From the NCBI GenBank assembly GCA_965207065.1, contig OZ242260.1:3328001-3392000 (forward strand): 64,000 nucleotides of DNA, given 5' to 3'. Source of the stretch: a bacterium (GTDB taxonomy: Bacteria > UBA8248). Of this stretch, positions 61,350-64,000 are shown one piece after another. A model generated the notes under the pieces. The model was not told where the DNA came from. It searched no databases and worked only from the letters and a program-made list of their open reading frames with translations. The translations under genes were made by a program, and so were the position numbers. Position 1 is the stretch's first letter, and every line of letters begins with the position of its first letter.

Positions 61350-64000
61350 ATGGCTGAGCGATCTTTCAGGAAGATAATCGAGTTTCTCGATTCCGTAATT
61401 CACGCGCGCCTCAAAGTGAGGCGTCTCGAGGCAGGGATGGTTCTGTTGCTGGGCGTCCTGGCCGTTTTGCTGCTCGCACCGGCGGCGGTCGTCTCCCAGT
61501 TACAATTTGGATATTCCGCCATCATCTACGCCGGGCTGACGGTTCTTCTGCTGAGCGCGGCGCTCATCCGATGCTGGTGGCTGACGACCCGCCGACCGAG
61601 GCGCGAGAGGGTCGCCCTCGACATCGAAGAGACCCACCCGGACCTGGGCAGCAACCTCATCAGTTCGCTCCAGCTATTCCCGCGTAAAGGGGAGCTCGGC
61701 GGCGACGATCCCACTTCGCCCGCGCTTATCGACGCACTGGTGAACGACACCAGCCGGGAGGTGGAATCGCTCGAACCGGAGTCTTACGTCTCGCAGGCTG
61801 GATTCCAGAGGCTCGGGCGGCTCGCCGGCGTTCTGGCCATCGTCGTGATGCTCATGGCGTTCATCTGGCCGGGTCTCTATCCGCGCGCGGGTTATCTTCT
61901 GGCGAACGCGGCCGACCTCATGCCCTCGCGCATCACCCATCTGGAGATTTGGGCGGAGCGCACGACACTGCTTCCCGGAATGCCTGCGACCTTGGAAGTG
62001 AGAACCAGGGGGCGTGAGGCGGGTTCCGTGGAGTTGGAGGTGCGCCAGGGAGCTGAATCCGTGGCGAGCATCGCCATGGAGAAAACGGCTCCTCACCAAT
62101 TTCGCGCCCGCTGGCTGGCCGCGGGAGCTGATACGCAAATCACCGCGCGCACGGGCAGGTTCCGCTCCCGTACGATCGAGGTTCGCGTGGTCGCCCCGCC
62201 GAGGGTGGAGTCCATCGAGGTGGTTCAGTATCCGCCCGAATATACGAAGCTCAAACCCGGAAAGGGGAAGAACGGAGGCCACATTCGCGCCTATATGGGG
62301 TCCGAGGTTCAACTGGCCGTGAAGACGAACAAGCCGGTTCAGGAGGCGCTCATCGCGTTGGCCGACGGGTGGCGATTGCCCCTCAATCCCGCCGAAAGCG
62401 GCGATTCGCTGGGCGGCAAGATGATCCTGGGCGGCGCGGGCTCCTACCAGGTTCGGCTGAAGGATACGCACGGATTTTCGAATCTGGCGCCCCAGCGCTA
62501 CCAGATCGACATCATTCCCGACGCCTATCCCGATGTGCTGGTGACGCATCCGGGCAAGGACCTCACTGTGGAGGCCGACGAGCGGGTGACCGTGAAGTAC
62601 CGGGCGTCCGACGATTTCGGAGTCAGGGGCGTGTACCTCGAAGTCAGGCTCGGCAGCGGACGCCCGAGGAGAATCAAGGTATGGAGCGGCGAGAAACCCC
62701 AGAAAGACGTGCTCGGCCGCTATGAGTTCGACCTCAGGTCCATGGGCATCAAACCGGGGGGAGTTCTCTCCTACCGTTTCATTGCGCCCGACGTGGACAC
62801 GGTGAGCGGCCCCAAGTTCGGGACAAGTAAAATCTATCGGGTCAGCATCCGTGACAGGGAAGCCGTGATGGCCGGGCTCGACAGGAATCTGGGCGAAATT
62901 TCAAACGAGCTTCTCGATTTGCTGGGCGATTATCTGGAGAAGGACCTTCCGCCGGAAGAGAGGGCGAAAGAGGCGAAAGAAACCGGCCGGCTTGCAGGGA
63001 AAAACGGTTCCATCGAGGCGAAGGCCACAAAAATTATGGAGCGCATCAAGCGGACGAGAGCGATGCTCCGGCCCAAGAATCCGCGCGAGACGCTCTCCGA
63101 CATGGATCTTTCCACAATGGAAATACAACTGCGGAATGCGATTTCGGATTACCTCAAACCCCTCACGCGCTTGTCGAAGCTGGATAAGAACGCGAAGGCG
63201 GAAAGGGCAAGGCTGAAACGCGAAATAGCCGCCCGGCAGGAAGAGGCGACGGAAACGCTGGAGCGCCTCGCTACGATGGGTGAGGAAATGCAGCGCAACG
63301 TCCGGATGGACAGGGCGGGCCGCACGACGGAATCGATGATTCAACGACAAAGGTCTATCGAGCAGGCGCTGGAAAAGATGCGCAGTATGGGCGCCGACGA
63401 AGAAGCGGTCCGGCGTGTGGAAAGGGAGTTGAGAAAACTCAGGGAACAGTTGGGTGAGCTGATGCAGCAGATGGCTTCGCTGGCGCAGCGCATGCCGGCG
63501 GAGTTCATGAATCAGCGCAGCATGCGCGAGATGCCCATGCAGGACATGATGCGCTCATTCGAGAAGATTCGCGAGATGATGCGCCAAAACAATTTCCAGG
63601 GGGCGCTGGAGCAGCTCCGGCGCCTGATGAGCCAGTTGCAGAGGATGCGAATGGCATTGCGCGGGATGCAGCGCCAGCAGATGATGAGCCAGCGCGGCGG
63701 CAGGCCTATCCGGCGCCAGCAAAGCGAACTGGCCAAAATCGTGGAGGAGCAGCAGGCTATACTCGGCGAGACGGTGGGTGTTCTGGAGAACGTGGTGGAT
63801 CGCCTCGAGAAGAAATGGCCCGAAGACGTCGCCGCCGTGACGCGATACACGCGTGCGTATTGGAAAAAAAGCAGCGAGTCGGCCGCAAAGCCGCTCCCGT
63901 CCGATTGTTTCGTGGATGCCGAACCCGGGAAGCAAGCCGAACAGGCGAAAAAAACCGACCCGGCAGAGCCTGAGATTTCGATGCTGGGCAAGCCCGAACC
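61350..64000 (+). CDS. DUF4175-like large membrane-anchored protein; 3'-partial and missing from the ORF track
   Basis: ATG at 61350 after GGGAG; MAERSFRK...; TM segments; IEETHPDLGSNLISSLQ; YPPEYT; IPDAYP; ASDDFGV; then a Q/M-rich coiled coil. No stop seen before the window end. Confidence 0.8.
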   Translation, partial: MAERSFRKIIEFLDSVIHARLKVRRLEAGMVLLLGVLAVLLLAPAAVVSQLQFGYSAIIYAGLTVLLLSAALIRCWWLTTRRPRRERVALDIEETHPDLGSNLISSLQLFPRKGELGGDDPTSPALIDALVNDTSREVESLEPESYVSQAGFQRLGRLAGVLAIVVMLMAFIWPGLYPRAGYLLANAADLMPSRITHLEIWAERTTLLPGMPATLEVRTRGREAGSVELEVRQGAESVASIAMEKTAPHQFRARWLAAGADTQITARTGRFRSRTIEVRVVAPPRVESIEVVQYPPEYTKLKPGKGKNGGHIRAYMGSEVQLAVKTNKPVQEALIALADGWRLPLNPAESGDSLGGKMILGGAGSYQVRLKDTHGFSNLAPQRYQIDIIPDAYPDVLVTHPGKDLTVEADERVTVKYRASDDFGVRGVYLEVRLGSGRPRRIKVWSGEKPQKDVLGRYEFDLRSMGIKPGGVLSYRFIAPDVDTVSGPKFGTSKIYRVSIRDREAVMAGLDRNLGEISNELLDLLGDYLEKDLPPEERAKEAKETGRLAGKNGSIEAKATKIMERIKRTRAMLRPKNPRETLSDMDLSTMEIQLRNAISDYLKPLTRLSKLDKNAKAERARLKREIAARQEEATETLERLATMGEEMQRNVRMDRAGRTTESMIQRQRSIEQALEKMRSMGADEEAVRRVERELRKLREQLGELMQQMASLAQRMPAEFMNQRSMREMPMQDMMRSFEKIREMMRQNNFQGALEQLRRLMSQLQRMRMALRGMQRQQMMSQRGGRPIRRQQSELAKIVEEQQAILGETVGVLENVVDRLEKKWPEDVAAVTRYTRAYWKKSSESAAKPLPSDCFVDAEPGKQAEQAKKTDPAEPEISMLGKPE

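Overview
A 64-kb window of bacterial chromosome. Gene content (IspH-UbiA fusion, PxxKW-type Cys-rich protein, glnB-glnD-glnA, many orphan DMT, SBP and CMD genes) suggests a Nitrospinota, Tectomicrobia or deltaproteobacteria-like organism; this is inference only. By eye there are three compositional zones. The GC-rich left end (1 to ~3.3 kb) holds a PQQ sugar dehydrogenase, a ThiO-like oxidase and a cold-shock gene. A clearly lower-GC block without REP repeats (~3.4-35 kb) holds the core genes: gltX with tRNA-Gln(CUG), an AsmA/DUF748 protein, ftsK, trxA, ispH-ubiA, glnB-glnD-glnA and lutA/lutBC. The GC-rich right part (35-64 kb) holds acyl-CoA dehydrogenase, recQ, a tungsten-type AOR, three DMT paralogues, a two-subunit NAD-linked formate dehydrogenase and a DUF4159/GATase1-like/DUF4175 operon, and its spacers are packed with REP and MITE-like palindromes. 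The strongest hidden signal is a probable selenoprotein that the ORF track splits in two: an AhpD/CMD-like gene at 43033-43623 with an in-frame TGA in a CxxU motif, followed by a SECIS-like hairpin. Other notable signals are a conserved probably leaderless promoter on two DMT paralogues, four ~172-aa tandem repeats in the AsmA-like protein, and repeat-flanked gene cassettes (recQ, AOR, MFS+sixA). No CRISPR array, rRNA, intact transposase or prophage gene was seen. All family calls come from motif recognition by eye, with no database searches.
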